Notes: a model not told the origin generated them from the letters alone. Positions 45,663 to 54,792 are shown, counted from the first letter of the stretch. The stretch is DNA of 54,792 nt from Verrucomicrobiales bacterium (GCA_038145765.1 JAYQQG010000006.1:1-54792); one strand, 5' to 3'. Numbers and translations: made by a program.

Positions 45663-47543
45663 CTAGGCTTTCTTCTCATCGGATTCATCATCGGAAGCGG
45701 AATCCGGAGTGTCGTCTTCAGATTCAGGCTCCGGATCGGATTCTTGTTCCGTAACAGCAGTCGGTGCGGTCGTTTCCTCTTCCTCGATTTTTTCTTCGGA
45801 GCTTGATTCATCACCATGACCATCATCGGCGAATTGTGGTTCAGGCAACTTGCCGGCAACAAACCAGCCAAGGGCAAAAACGATGAATCCGATGGCGGCA
45901 GTGGTTAAAGCTACCCGGGTTGGGAATCCATCCGGGCCGTGTAGTGTTTGAGGGAAGATGCCTTGCCATTTCTCGTCCGTGACGGTGAAAACAACAAAAG
46001 CGAAACTGGTGCCGATCAAGCGTCCGCCAATGTTTGCGGCGAAACTTTCGCCCGTGCCCCGAAGGTGAACCGGGAAAAAGCGGGGGAGCATGTTGCCCCA
46101 AAATGTGAATTGGCCGACAACCAGCATGCCGGCAATGAACATTCCAATGTATGCATTGGTCAGGTTGCTTGAGATCAATAAACCAAAGATGACTGGCATG
46201 AGGAATATTCCCGGCAATTGGAAGGCCCGTAGAACGGATCGGCAAGGTGCCCCTTGTAACAGGTTCATCAATTTGGTTGTAACCCACCAGATTGGAACAC
46301 CGATGATACCTCCAACGATCATACCTTTTCCCGCACAAAGCAGGTGAGCAGTTATTGCACTGGTGTCCGGATCTGGAATTTTAAATCCAAATCCTATGAG
46401 AGATTCGTAGACGAGGAACGCGGCCAATTGCGACCAACCGACAAATGTCCAGATACTCGATGTGCCTCTTGAAACGACAACCACAATGATGACAGCCATG
46501 AGGGCGCGGCCAAATAATCCGCCGACTTCCTGGACTTTGGTTATTTTGGCAGCGTACTCCTGCTCTTTGGCTTTGAAGGCTTTCTTTCCGGCTATGGTCA
46601 CCAATTTTTCCGGTTTATTCGCAGCTTCAGCGGATGCTTTGGCTTTATCCCGTGCTTCGACAGATGCAGCCGCAACTTCGGGTGTTTTGGGGATAATTAG
46701 ACGCATGTGCTGCACGGCTCCGAATGCAGCTCCGTAAGCCAGAGCAAACAGTATTGTGGTTACGATTGTGGCCCTTTTTAATTCGGGTGAGAACAATTCG
46801 CCGAGGCTGGCTCGTTTTAATTCTCCGGATTCTTTCTTTTTCTGCCACTGCGGCGATTCCGGGAGGAACGGACGGATGATGAGTAACGGGATGGCCGGAA
46901 TGAGTCCGCTCATCAAAGTGTAGCGCCAGACAGCTTGATTGCTGTCTTCAGAAATGGTTCCCAAGATTCCGGAAAACCAGCCGGGGATTACCGGCAATTC
47001 TCCCGAGAGTGCTTTATGGGCAAGGTATCCGTTTACGATGGCTACCGATAAACCACCCACCGATGAAAACGCCTGTGTGTATCCCAACACCTTTTCTCGT
47101 TGGACAGCATTAGGGAACAATTCTGAAAGCCACGCAACTGCAGCCACAAACTCAACACATACTCCGATGAACACAAGGCAGCGGAAAAAAAGTAATTGCT
47201 CGGGCGTAGTAGAAAAACCTGCACAAAACGCGGCTACCGCATAAAGAAGAATACTGAATGTCAAAACCCTACGCCGGCCGAACAAGTCTGTGAGGTAACC
47301 ACCCAGCAGGCCAAAAATACCGCCACAAATTGCTGGCACAAAAAACAGGAGCCTAAACCAATAAGTAAACTCAGGTGTTCCCGGTCTAATATTTGCCAAA
47401 TCTGCCAGGGCATCTTTGCCGATCAACGGCAGCATCAATAGCTCGTAGATGTCGAACAGAAACCCGATGGTGGCGATAAAGCAGATCAACCATTGGGTGC
47501 GGGTGAGTTTTAGGCCAGAACCGGAAGCAGCGTCAGCGCTCAT
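45663..47543 (-). CDS. MFS transporter with internal insertions and an acidic tail
   Basis: GFLFDIYE, motif A GYLTDLFGRRR, ELFP, PESP, FPVHLRGTG. Confidence 0.92.
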   Translation of the reverse strand: MSADAASGSGLKLTRTQWLICFIATIGFLFDIYELLMLPLIGKDALADLANIRPGTPEFTYWFRLLFFVPAICGGIFGLLGGYLTDLFGRRRVLTFSILLYAVAAFCAGFSTTPEQLLFFRCLVFIGVCVEFVAAVAWLSELFPNAVQREKVLGYTQAFSSVGGLSVAIVNGYLAHKALSGELPVIPGWFSGILGTISEDSNQAVWRYTLMSGLIPAIPLLIIRPFLPESPQWQKKKESGELKRASLGELFSPELKRATIVTTILFALAYGAAFGAVQHMRLIIPKTPEVAAASVEARDKAKASAEAANKPEKLVTIAGKKAFKAKEQEYAAKITKVQEVGGLFGRALMAVIIVVVVSRGTSSIWTFVGWSQLAAFLVYESLIGFGFKIPDPDTSAITAHLLCAGKGMIVGGIIGVPIWWVTTKLMNLLQGAPCRSVLRAFQLPGIFLMPVIFGLLISSNLTNAYIGMFIAGMLVVGQFTFWGNMLPRFFPVHLRGTGESFAANIGGRLIGTSFAFVVFTVTDEKWQGIFPQTLHGPDGFPTRVALTTAAIGFIVFALGWFVAGKLPEPQFADDGHGDESSSEEKIEEEETTAPTAVTEQESDPEPESEDDTPDSASDDESDEKKA

Positions 47544-47671
47544 GGCGGCGGATTATGCCGTTTTTAAGCCTCAAAAACAAGGCAATAGTACGTGGACGTA
47601 CGGTTTTCTTGTCCACAGTTCGGGGGAAACGGTTTGCCATGAAGCGGGCCGTTTGGTTTGCTCGCGCGCCC

Positions 47672-48520
47672 ATGCAACGATTTGCGACCATAACGGTGAT
47701 TGGCCGGGATAAAACCGGCGTGGTGGCGCGGGTGACCGAGTTCCTTTTTCAGCTGCAGGCCAATATTGAGGCCTTGGAGGAGCAGGTGACGCGCGGCCAG
47801 TTCAGCATGGTCATTCAGGCCTCCTGGAAAAAGGAGGCGCCCGTGTCGGCCAAACTCAAGCGCCAGCTCAATGCGTTGGGTAAGGAGCTGGGCATGGAAG
47901 TGCGGCTGCGTGTGTCAGAGCCCGGTGGTAAACAGCGCATGGCCATCATGGTCACCCGCGAGGCAGGCTGCCCACAGGCACTGTTGGAGGCTTTTGCCAA
48001 AGGTCAGCTAAAGCAGGCGGAACCGGTGGTCATGATCGGCAATCGTCCGGATCTCGCGCCGTTGGCTAAGAAACACAAATTGCCCTTCGTGCATGTGCCA
48101 TGGACGGATCGGCAACGCGGCGAAAAGCGCGTGCTGGAGGTGCTCGACAAGTACGAGGTCGATTTTGTTGTGCTCGCGCGTTTCATGAAAATACTCTCAC
48201 CGGATTTTGTGTGGCGTTACAAAAACAAGATTATCAACATCCATCCTTCGCTGTTGCCGAGTTTTCCAGGACCACAAGCCTACCGGCAGGCGTATGAACA
48301 TGGCGTGAAGATTGCCGGGGTCACGGCACACTTTGTCAGCATGCAGCTGGATGAGGGGCCGATCATTGCTCAGGAAAGTTTCCGGATCAAATCCGGCATG
48401 ACCCTTAAACAAATTTTGGCTGCCGGCCAGCAATGCGAGGCCAAGGCCCTGCTCAAGGCCGTGAAACTCTACCTGACCAAACGGTTGGACGTGCACTGGG
48501 GCGTGGTGAAAGAGGTGTAG
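47672..48520 (+). CDS. purU: Formyltetrahydrofolate deformylase
   Basis: N-terminal ACT domain, VLARFMKILS, INIHPSLLP.F.G...Y.QA...GVK..G.TAHFV...LDEGPII. Confidence 0.92.
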   Translation: MQRFATITVIGRDKTGVVARVTEFLFQLQANIEALEEQVTRGQFSMVIQASWKKEAPVSAKLKRQLNALGKELGMEVRLRVSEPGGKQRMAIMVTREAGCPQALLEAFAKGQLKQAEPVVMIGNRPDLAPLAKKHKLPFVHVPWTDRQRGEKRVLEVLDKYEVDFVVLARFMKILSPDFVWRYKNKIINIHPSLLPSFPGPQAYRQAYEHGVKIAGVTAHFVSMQLDEGPIIAQESFRIKSGMTLKQILAAGQQCEAKALLKAVKLYLTKRLDVHWGVVKEV

Positions 48521-49272
48521 TGAGGATTCTGTCGTGGAACGTCAACGGTCTGCGGGCCGTGCAGAAAAAAGGCTTCGCCGACTGGGTGCGCAAGGCACGG
48601 CCGGACATCCTCTGTGTGCAGGAAAGTCGGGCGTTGCCGGAACAGGTGGAGCCGGATTGGCCACGCACCTTTGAGGCGTATTGGAATCCGGCCGAGAAAA
48701 AAGGCTACTCCGGCGTGCTCACCCTGTCCAAGCCGGCTCCGTTGAAAGTAACACGCGGGATTGGTGTGGACATGCACGATCGCGAAGGGCGGGTGCTGAC
48801 CACAGAATATGAGGATTTCTTCTTGGTCAACGTCTACGTGCCCAATGCACAGCGCAGTCTGGCACGCTTGCCGTATCGGCAGGATTGGGATCAGGCTTTT
48901 CTGGCGTACCTCAAGAAATTGAAGCGGCGCAAGCCAGTGGTCTTTTGCGGAGACTTCAATGTGGCCCACACGGAAATCGATCTCGCCAATCCGAAGTCCA
49001 ACAAAAACACCCACGGATTTACGGCTGAGGAACGAGCGGGGTTTGATGCATTTGTGCAGGCGGGATTTTTGGACAGCTTTCGAGAATTCGAGCCGGAAGG
49101 CGGCCATTACACATGGTGGAGCAACATGAACAACGCCCGGGCCCGTAACGTGGGCTGGCGGATCGATTACTTCATGATTTCCGCTAATCTACGGCCGCGC
49201 TTAAAACGGGCGTTTATTCTGCCCGAGGTGATGGGTTCCGACCATTGTCCAGTGGGGATTGAGTTAAGATAG
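48520..49272 (+). CDS. xth: Exodeoxyribonuclease III / AP endonuclease
   Basis: SWNVNGLRA, CVQE, GYSGV, EGR, YVPN, GDFNVAH, GWRIDY, SDHCP. Confidence 0.95.
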   Translation: MRILSWNVNGLRAVQKKGFADWVRKARPDILCVQESRALPEQVEPDWPRTFEAYWNPAEKKGYSGVLTLSKPAPLKVTRGIGVDMHDREGRVLTTEYEDFFLVNVYVPNAQRSLARLPYRQDWDQAFLAYLKKLKRRKPVVFCGDFNVAHTEIDLANPKSNKNTHGFTAEERAGFDAFVQAGFLDSFREFEPEGGHYTWWSNMNNARARNVGWRIDYFMISANLRPRLKRAFILPEVMGSDHCPVGIELR

Positions 49273-49348
49273 GGAGGGGCGAGTTCCACCTTGCCCCATT
49301 TTGAATCAAGTCGAGAATTTTTGGGACGAGGTGGAACTCGCCCCTCCC
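49272..49348. repeat. REP-like inverted doublet (GGAG-type), copy 2
   Basis: GGGGCGAG-TTCCAC-CTTGCCCC and inverted GGGACGAG-GTGGAA-CTCGCCCC-TCCC; same family as 7981-8046. Confidence 0.8.
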
Positions 49349-49731
49349 ACGGGCTTTTTCCAGATCGGCACACGTTGTTTCATGGCATCGATCAGGAACT
49401 GGCACGCGGCAAAGGCCACGGCCCGGTGAGGCGCGATGATTTCCACCCAAAGCGAGGGCGCATTTACCGGTACGACGCCCACGCGATGCACAAGGCGCAC
49501 GGATTCCACCGGCCATTGACGGTCTATTTCCTCAAAAATTAATTCGAATTGGTGACAGGCCATTTCATCAAAGGCCTCGTAATCGATGGCGCTGATGGAG
49601 GCCGTACCTTCCTGTGCGCGGACGACACCCTGGAATACGACCACGGCTCCCATGCCATCGCTTAGTTCGCGCTCGGCATTGAGCGCGGTCTCGTCAATCG
49701 GCTCGGGGGTAATGGTGAGTTGGGTTTTCAT
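49306..49731 (-). CDS. moaE: Molybdopterin synthase catalytic subunit
   Basis: GAVVVF.G.VR, YEA, HRVG, PHR..AF.AC...ID.MK..VPIWKK. Confidence 0.9.
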   Translation of the reverse strand: MKTQLTITPEPIDETALNAERELSDGMGAVVVFQGVVRAQEGTASISAIDYEAFDEMACHQFELIFEEIDRQWPVESVRLVHRVGVVPVNAPSLWVEIIAPHRAVAFAACQFLIDAMKQRVPIWKKPVGGASSTSSQKFST

Positions 49732-49973
49732 CCGCCTTGCACGGGGGGGAAGAGGGATATTTCGTCGCCTTCATTTAACACAAATTCATCCGGTTGATAA
49801 TCCACCCCCACGGCCTTTAGTGTGCTGTTTTGCATTTCGGCTAAGGCCGGAAAACGTTCAATCACGGCCGAATGAGCGTCGCCAAGGGAGGCGGATTCCG
49901 GTAGTTCCAGTGTGCTCTCCGAGCAACCGGTATGGTCCTTAAAATAGGACCAAAACTTGACGATGACGGTCAT
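49728..49973 (-). CDS. moaD: MoaD/ThiS-family sulfur carrier
   Basis: 81-aa ubiquitin-like protein, L.EGDEI..FPPVQGG C-terminal di-glycine; adjacent to moaE. Confidence 0.9.
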   Translation of the reverse strand: MTVIVKFWSYFKDHTGCSESTLELPESASLGDAHSAVIERFPALAEMQNSTLKAVGVDYQPDEFVLNEGDEISLFPPVQGG

Positions 49974-50533
49974 GCATACACCTCCGGTTTTAGAACGCCG
50001 ATGAACGGCAGGTTGCGAAAGCGTTCGGCGTAATCGAGTCCGTAGCCGACCACGAATTCATCAGGCACTTCAAACCCCACATAATTTGCTGTGACCGTTT
50101 CACGTCGACGGGAGGTTTTCTCGAGCAACACGCAGGTCTTCAGACTGCGGGGATGGAGGTCTTTGAGTTTGGCTTGAACGGCGTGCAGGGTTTGGCCGGT
50201 GTCGAGAATATCATCGACCAGCAGCACATCCCGATCCTGTGCCTCGAGTCGGAGTTCCTTGGTGAAAACCAGTTCGCCCGGTGCCGTGCCGGTGCCGTAA
50301 CTGGAGACACCCATGAAATCCAGCCGCATCGGCAGCGCGATGTGCCGCATGAGATCGGCCAGAAACGGAACCGTGCCCGTGAGCAGGGCGATCATGAGAA
50401 GATCTTTTTCGGCATAATCACGCTCAATGTCCGCAGCCAATTCACGCACGCGCCCCGCGATTTCTGTTTCACCAATCAGGACACTTTCCACCTCATGGCG
50501 CAGGTGCTCGGGCGGTGGCGTGGCGGCGGGCAT
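49970..50533 (-). CDS. hpt: Hypoxanthine phosphoribosyltransferase
   Basis: VSSYG, VLLVDDILDTGQT, FVVGYGLDY.E.FRNLP. Confidence 0.95.
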   Translation of the reverse strand: MPAATPPPEHLRHEVESVLIGETEIAGRVRELAADIERDYAEKDLLMIALLTGTVPFLADLMRHIALPMRLDFMGVSSYGTGTAPGELVFTKELRLEAQDRDVLLVDDILDTGQTLHAVQAKLKDLHPRSLKTCVLLEKTSRRRETVTANYVGFEVPDEFVVGYGLDYAERFRNLPFIGVLKPEVYA

Positions 50534-50536
50534 GAG

Positions 50537-50917
50537 CTAGATATGTTTGGAGTCGTTTTCGTCCTTCTCCGCATAGCCGCTGTCCTGACGCTGGAAGTTG
50601 ACTTCGTTTTTCTTCACGTAGGCCTCAAATACATCATCCGCACTCATGCCGAGTACCTGTGCGAGGCTGATCAGGAAATGAAACAGGTCGACCACCTCCA
50701 CCCGCGCATTTTGTTCGTCCAGCTTTTGATACTTGGCCCACCATTTCCACGGGACACTGTCGGTGAGCTCGGCAATCTCCTGATTCATGGCGCGACAATA
50801 GTTGAGTACCCACTCGGTTTTTTGTTCATCAGTCATGCCGTCGGTATACACGCCAATGCGTTCATTGAGGGATTTCTGCATGCGAAATAATTCGCGGAGT
50901 TGGTCTGGCTGGTCCAT
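50537..50917 (-). CDS. Dimeric all-alpha dUTPase
   Basis: E.AEL....WKWW, EVVD.FHF, Y..KN.VN..RQ; start at ATG 50917. Confidence 0.88.
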   Translation of the reverse strand: MDQPDQLRELFRMQKSLNERIGVYTDGMTDEQKTEWVLNYCRAMNQEIAELTDSVPWKWWAKYQKLDEQNARVEVVDLFHFLISLAQVLGMSADDVFEAYVKKNEVNFQRQDSGYAEKDENDSKHI

Positions 50918-51024
50918 TCCGCGAGCATGCGAAGTGCAAGGACGGAGCGGCAAGGGCAAGTTATTCGGCCTTATTGGCAGGGCTTTGGGCGTGACCGAGG
51001 CGGAGGCATGTCCTACAAACAGGC

Positions 51025-51696
51025 ATGCTAGCTGCGACATTGCTGCAAGGCGGGCCGATGGTGTGGGTGCTTTTGGCTGCCAGCGCGTTGGGGGTGGTGG
51101 TGTTTGTGGAACGCCGGCTCACCTATCATCGGGTGCAGATCAACACCACCGCACTGCTGGGCGGACTAAAAAATGTGCTGAGCCAGAATAATCTGGTGGA
51201 GGCCATCGGGATTTGTGACGCCACCCCCAGTCCTACCGCCCGCGTGGTGAAAACGGTGTTGGAAAATCATCAATTGGCGCGGGATGAGGTGAAAGAGATT
51301 TTGGAGCAACAAGGGACTGAAGAAGTCGCGCGTTTGGAGCAGCGGCTGGGGATTCTAGCCACGCTGGGGCAGGTGGCCCCGCTGTTGGGCATGCTCGGTG
51401 CGGTGCTGGGCTTCATGAAAACTGGCGAGGCTGTGATCACCGATCATCATGCGCATTTTGCAAAAGCAATGATGCCACTCGCGCTCGGGCTGGCCGTCGG
51501 GGTGCCCTGTTTTGTCGGATATAACCATTTGGTGGCGGTGGTGGGCAGCATCGTGGTTGACATGGAGAAGGCGGGGCTGCGGGCATTACGCATGGTTGGG
51601 GAATTGGAGCGTCCGGCAAGGCGTGGACGACGCAAGGCAGTGCCTGTACAGAAAACCGAGGCGGAAGAGGGCCCTGGTCTGTTTGAGGAGTCATGA
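51025..51696 (+). CDS. MotA/TolQ/ExbB-family protein (degenerate channel residues)
   Basis: GGPM TM1, ER, LE..L..LAT....APLLG.LG.V.G, GL.V.VP...YN. Confidence 0.88.
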   Translation: MLAATLLQGGPMVWVLLAASALGVVVFVERRLTYHRVQINTTALLGGLKNVLSQNNLVEAIGICDATPSPTARVVKTVLENHQLARDEVKEILEQQGTEEVARLEQRLGILATLGQVAPLLGMLGAVLGFMKTGEAVITDHHAHFAKAMMPLALGLAVGVPCFVGYNHLVAVVGSIVVDMEKAGLRALRMVGELERPARRGRRKAVPVQKTEAEEGPGLFEES

Positions 51697-52115
51697 AATT
51701 TCGGCGGCATCATCAATTTCTAAACGAACCCCCGTCGGCCGTGGCATTGGCCGGGGTCATGTTTTTGCTGCTTTTTTATCTCTTGGCCAACTCAGCACTG
51801 TTGCTAACCGAAGGCTCGCCGCTTGTCCGGCTGCCTCAAGGTGGAGCGGCCATGCCGGATGGGTTTGCGCATTCCACCGTGGTGGCAATGGATCACCGGG
51901 CGCAGTTGTATTTTCGGAATCAACAAATCCAATTAGGCGATCTCAAGGTCCAGTTGGGTAAATTGTCAGAGCAAGCCGGCGAATCGGGATTGTTGCTTGT
52001 ATTGAAAGCGGATCGATCCGTTTCTTATGAGCAAATCACCCGGCTGACCGAAGCCGTGCAGGCGGTTGGGGTGCGCCAGACTTGGCTGGCGACTAGGCCG
52101 AGGTTATTCGAGTGA
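51693..52115 (+). CDS. ExbD/TolR-family protein (lacks the TM Asp)
   Basis: MKF start, single TM, V.LP, L.ADRSV.Y......AV.A.G.....LAT. Confidence 0.85.
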   Translation: MKFRRHHQFLNEPPSAVALAGVMFLLLFYLLANSALLLTEGSPLVRLPQGGAAMPDGFAHSTVVAMDHRAQLYFRNQQIQLGDLKVQLGKLSEQAGESGLLLVLKADRSVSYEQITRLTEAVQAVGVRQTWLATRPRLFE

Positions 52116-52861
52116 ATGCGCCGGACTCCAATGAATCCCCACAATGGGGCTGGTGGGTGGGGGTCATTTTCGTGGTGCAGGCAGGGTTGCTCTGGTGGAT
52201 GTCGACAGAACCAGTTGATCACGTCGAAGGAGGCGATGCTTCATTTATACAAATCGATTCTGAGACGTATAAGGGTTTGGCGATGGAAGACCCGTTATCG
52301 TTGGGCCAACCTCGTGCTGACGGGTTTTCGTCGGTCTGGTTGAAATCAAAGGCAACCCCGCATGAATTGAGCCGCTGGACGCCGCCGCATGTACCCTTGT
52401 CACCGGAAACAAATATCGTGGAAACTGTTTTGAAAGAAGTGCTTGGCAATCAGGCGCAGGCGGAATTCCGGTCGTTTCAAAAGCCGCCCCCCAAATTAAC
52501 GACCGTGATCGTGCCCCCATTGAAGCAGGAAACGATGAGCCGTTTGAAACTGGCTGGAGGCTTGGAAGGGCGTTCATTGGCCAGCCAGGTGACCCTGAAG
52601 AATAACTGGAATCACGAGGTGTTTCTGAAGCCAACCCGATTGCAGATGGTTGTGGACCCTCTCGGGCGGGTGCTGAGTGGCGTTCAACTGGCGGGTTCCG
52701 GAAATCAGGGGGCTGATGAGATGGCGATGACTTTGGCGCTGAAACAAATTCGGTTCAATGCGCTAACTAACGGAACGGAATACGCGAGTGGTGAGTTGGA
52801 GTTTCATTGGCATACCGATCCAAATTCAGTGACGAATGTGATGGAACGATTCCCTCGATGA
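52112..52861 (+). CDS. TonB/TolA-like single-TM periplasmic protein
   Basis: N-terminal TM, Pro-rich region, C-terminal VDP.G.V......SG...AD..A......RF resembling TonB_C; follows exbBD. Confidence 0.6.
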   Translation: MNAPDSNESPQWGWWVGVIFVVQAGLLWWMSTEPVDHVEGGDASFIQIDSETYKGLAMEDPLSLGQPRADGFSSVWLKSKATPHELSRWTPPHVPLSPETNIVETVLKEVLGNQAQAEFRSFQKPPPKLTTVIVPPLKQETMSRLKLAGGLEGRSLASQVTLKNNWNHEVFLKPTRLQMVVDPLGRVLSGVQLAGSGNQGADEMAMTLALKQIRFNALTNGTEYASGELEFHWHTDPNSVTNVMERFPR

Positions 52862-53082
52862 CCTCTTCAGAAACCATCTTTGTCTTGTTGCTGGTCTTGT
52901 TGGCCGGCTGGGCGGTGGTTGCGTTTTATATGCGTCGGCCGGAATTGGAATTCAAACCGGAAGCCAGCGGGGACCAAGTTTTTCAATGTGAGGAATGTGA
53001 TTATGTCTACACCGATGATGCGGATGTAGAACGTTCATTGTGCCCGGAGTGCGGGCGCATGAACAACTCCGTCCAGTTTTAG
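52858..53082 (+). CDS. Small membrane-anchored zinc-ribbon protein
   Basis: TM helix followed by CEEC...CPECG; ATGA overlap. Confidence 0.8.
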   Translation: MTSSETIFVLLLVLLAGWAVVAFYMRRPELEFKPEASGDQVFQCEECDYVYTDDADVERSLCPECGRMNNSVQF

Positions 53083-53086
53083 GCGG

Positions 53087-54658
53087 TTAAGCCAGCGAGG
53101 CTTTCACCTCAATCACGTCGTGTGGCTTGCTTTCGTGCAGGCCTGCGGGGCTGAGGCGGATGTAGCGGGCCTTGGCACGCAGTTGCACCAAATCCTGTGC
53201 CCCAAGATAGCCCATACCGCTTTGGATGCCGCCAGCGAGTTGCTGGACGGTCTGGTCGACTGAGCCGGATACTTCCTTGAGTGCCTCCACGCCCTCGGCG
53301 GTAGCTTTACGGGTGGTATCCTTGTTGGAATGACCGTAACGCGCGGCACTGCCGGCTTTCATGGCGGCGAGGCTGCCCATGCCGCGGTATTGTTTGTATC
53401 GTTTACCGCTGATTTCCACAATGTCTCCCGGTGATTCCTGGCAGCCTGCCAGCAGTCCACCGCAGATGATGCCGTCGGCCAGTGTGAGTGCTTTGACGAT
53501 ATCCCCGCTCTTGGTGATGCCGCCATCGGCAAGAATGGTCACGCCTCGGGCGCGGGCACTCTGAGCGGTGGTGTACAAAGCGGTGAGTTGGGGAATGCCC
53601 ACGCCGGCCACGACGCGGGTGGTGCAGATGGAGCCGGGGCCTTGGCCGATCTTGATGCTGTTGGCTCCGGCGTCCGCGAGGTATTCCACGCCGGCACCGC
53701 TGGTGACATTGCCGGCAATGATGGGCAATTCAGGAAAGGCATCCCGAATCAGGCGCACCGTATCGCCCACGCCGGCGCTGTGGCCGTGAGCGGTGGAGAC
53801 GGCCGCGACATCGACCCCGCGATCAACGAGGTCGCCGACATGGTTGGTGATACGATCGCGATCGAGATCGCCGCTTTTGGTTCGGCTGGCGGAAATGGCC
53901 GCACCGCAGAGCAGTTGAAACTCGCTGTCCCGGGCCGGTTTAAACTGCGCGGAGGCTTCCTGTGTGATGCGTTCGACATCGCTCAGGGTAAAGAGACCGT
54001 GCAGTTGGTCATCATCATCCACGACCAGCAACTTGTTGATGCCGGGGTGATCCGTGAAAAAGCGATCGGCCACCTCGATCGGGTCGGGGTCGAGGTCTTT
54101 TTGTTTAATGGCGTGCACCTTGTCGCGGGGGATGGCGGCTTCAGAGACGCGGCGATCGGCGTAACGCGGTTTGACAACACTGCCGGAGAGAAGGCCGGAC
54201 AGACGGCCGTTGCCGTCCACAACCGGAAAGGTGCTAAAGGTGTAGCGGCGGTCTTCAATGATTTCCAGCACATCGCCCACACTAAGGTCAGGAGTGACGG
54301 TGATCGGCTCCTGGATCAAACCGTGCACATGGTTTTTGACGCGGCTCACTTCCTTGAGCTGCTGTTTTTCGGTCATGTTATAATGAATGAGGCCGAGGCC
54401 GCCGTTGAGTGCCATGGCGATGGCCATGCGGTACTCGGTGACGGTGTCCATGTCGGCAGAGATAATGGGCAAGTGCAGGTCGAGGCCTGGGGCGAGAGCT
54501 GTATCCAGCACGGCATCGCGCGGGAGAATATCGGAATAGAGCGTGGCGAGGGTGACGTCGTCGTATGTCAGGCCGATGTCGGCGTGCCGAGGGAAAAAGG
54601 TGTCCGCGGGTAAATAAAACTGGGAATCGGTATCCGAAGAATTCTGTTCAGCCGCCAT
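53087..54658 (-). CDS. guaB: IMP dehydrogenase with CBS domains
   Basis: [49 protein letters not shown] dyad, EGVE. Confidence 0.93.
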   Translation of the reverse strand: MAAEQNSSDTDSQFYLPADTFFPRHADIGLTYDDVTLATLYSDILPRDAVLDTALAPGLDLHLPIISADMDTVTEYRMAIAMALNGGLGLIHYNMTEKQQLKEVSRVKNHVHGLIQEPITVTPDLSVGDVLEIIEDRRYTFSTFPVVDGNGRLSGLLSGSVVKPRYADRRVSEAAIPRDKVHAIKQKDLDPDPIEVADRFFTDHPGINKLLVVDDDDQLHGLFTLSDVERITQEASAQFKPARDSEFQLLCGAAISASRTKSGDLDRDRITNHVGDLVDRGVDVAAVSTAHGHSAGVGDTVRLIRDAFPELPIIAGNVTSGAGVEYLADAGANSIKIGQGPGSICTTRVVAGVGIPQLTALYTTAQSARARGVTILADGGITKSGDIVKALTLADGIICGGLLAGCQESPGDIVEISGKRYKQYRGMGSLAAMKAGSAARYGHSNKDTTRKATAEGVEALKEVSGSVDQTVQQLAGGIQSGMGYLGAQDLVQLRAKARYIRLSPAGLHESKPHDVIEVKASLA

Positions 54659-54703
54659 GGCCGAACCTGCCAGAGGGAGGGCAGGGTTGGCAAGCGGGAA
54701 GTG

Positions 54704-54792
54704 CTATTCACCGAGAATCCGCCGGGCGATGTCGCTGGAGGATTTGCCGGGCACATGGCCCAACACGGTGATACGACCACCTTGGGTGTTGA
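54704..54792 (-). CDS. 3' end of a probable cytidylyltransferase-like gene (RfaE2/HldE-type), partial
   Basis: Minus-strand frame reads NTQGGRITVLGHVPGKSSSDIARRILGE*, like GGrv...G.STt.i C-termini; truncated by the window edge. Confidence 0.5.
   Translation of the reverse strand, partial: NTQGGRITVLGHVPGKSSSDIARRILGE

Overview
Gene-dense, GC-rich bacterial chromosome segment with about 55 CDS. The gene content points to the PVC superphylum, most likely a marine Verrucomicrobiota: a DUF1592/DUF1552 cytochrome pair, a pilin-like 'AFTLVELL' protein, a Tat-exported sugar isomerase, a sulfatase and ebo genes. Housekeeping genes include gltBD, mnmA, nth, a kamA-like gene, rpoN, def, parB, bioB, purU, xth, moaDE, hpt, a dimeric dUTPase and guaB. 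No tRNA, rRNA, CRISPR array, transposase or integrase was recognised. The strongest unexplained signal is a stand-alone ~225-nt structured RNA candidate at 28869-29096. It has four cUUCGg tetraloops, a GNRA loop, an internally duplicated decamer, and its own promoter-like element and terminator. It is followed by an AT-rich strip of decayed genes (GYF_2/LRR, thermonuclease). Other notable items: a BioB lacking three of four canonical auxiliary-cluster ligands; an ExbB/ExbD pair lacking its proton-conducting residues; a reduced ebo cluster with an LRR gene where eboD usually sits; a thioredoxin-cytochrome c-copper monooxygenase fusion; many apparently leaderless promoters; several REP-like palindrome families; and one probable adapter or assembly artefact. 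All calls come from reading motifs by eye. No database search or folding program was run.
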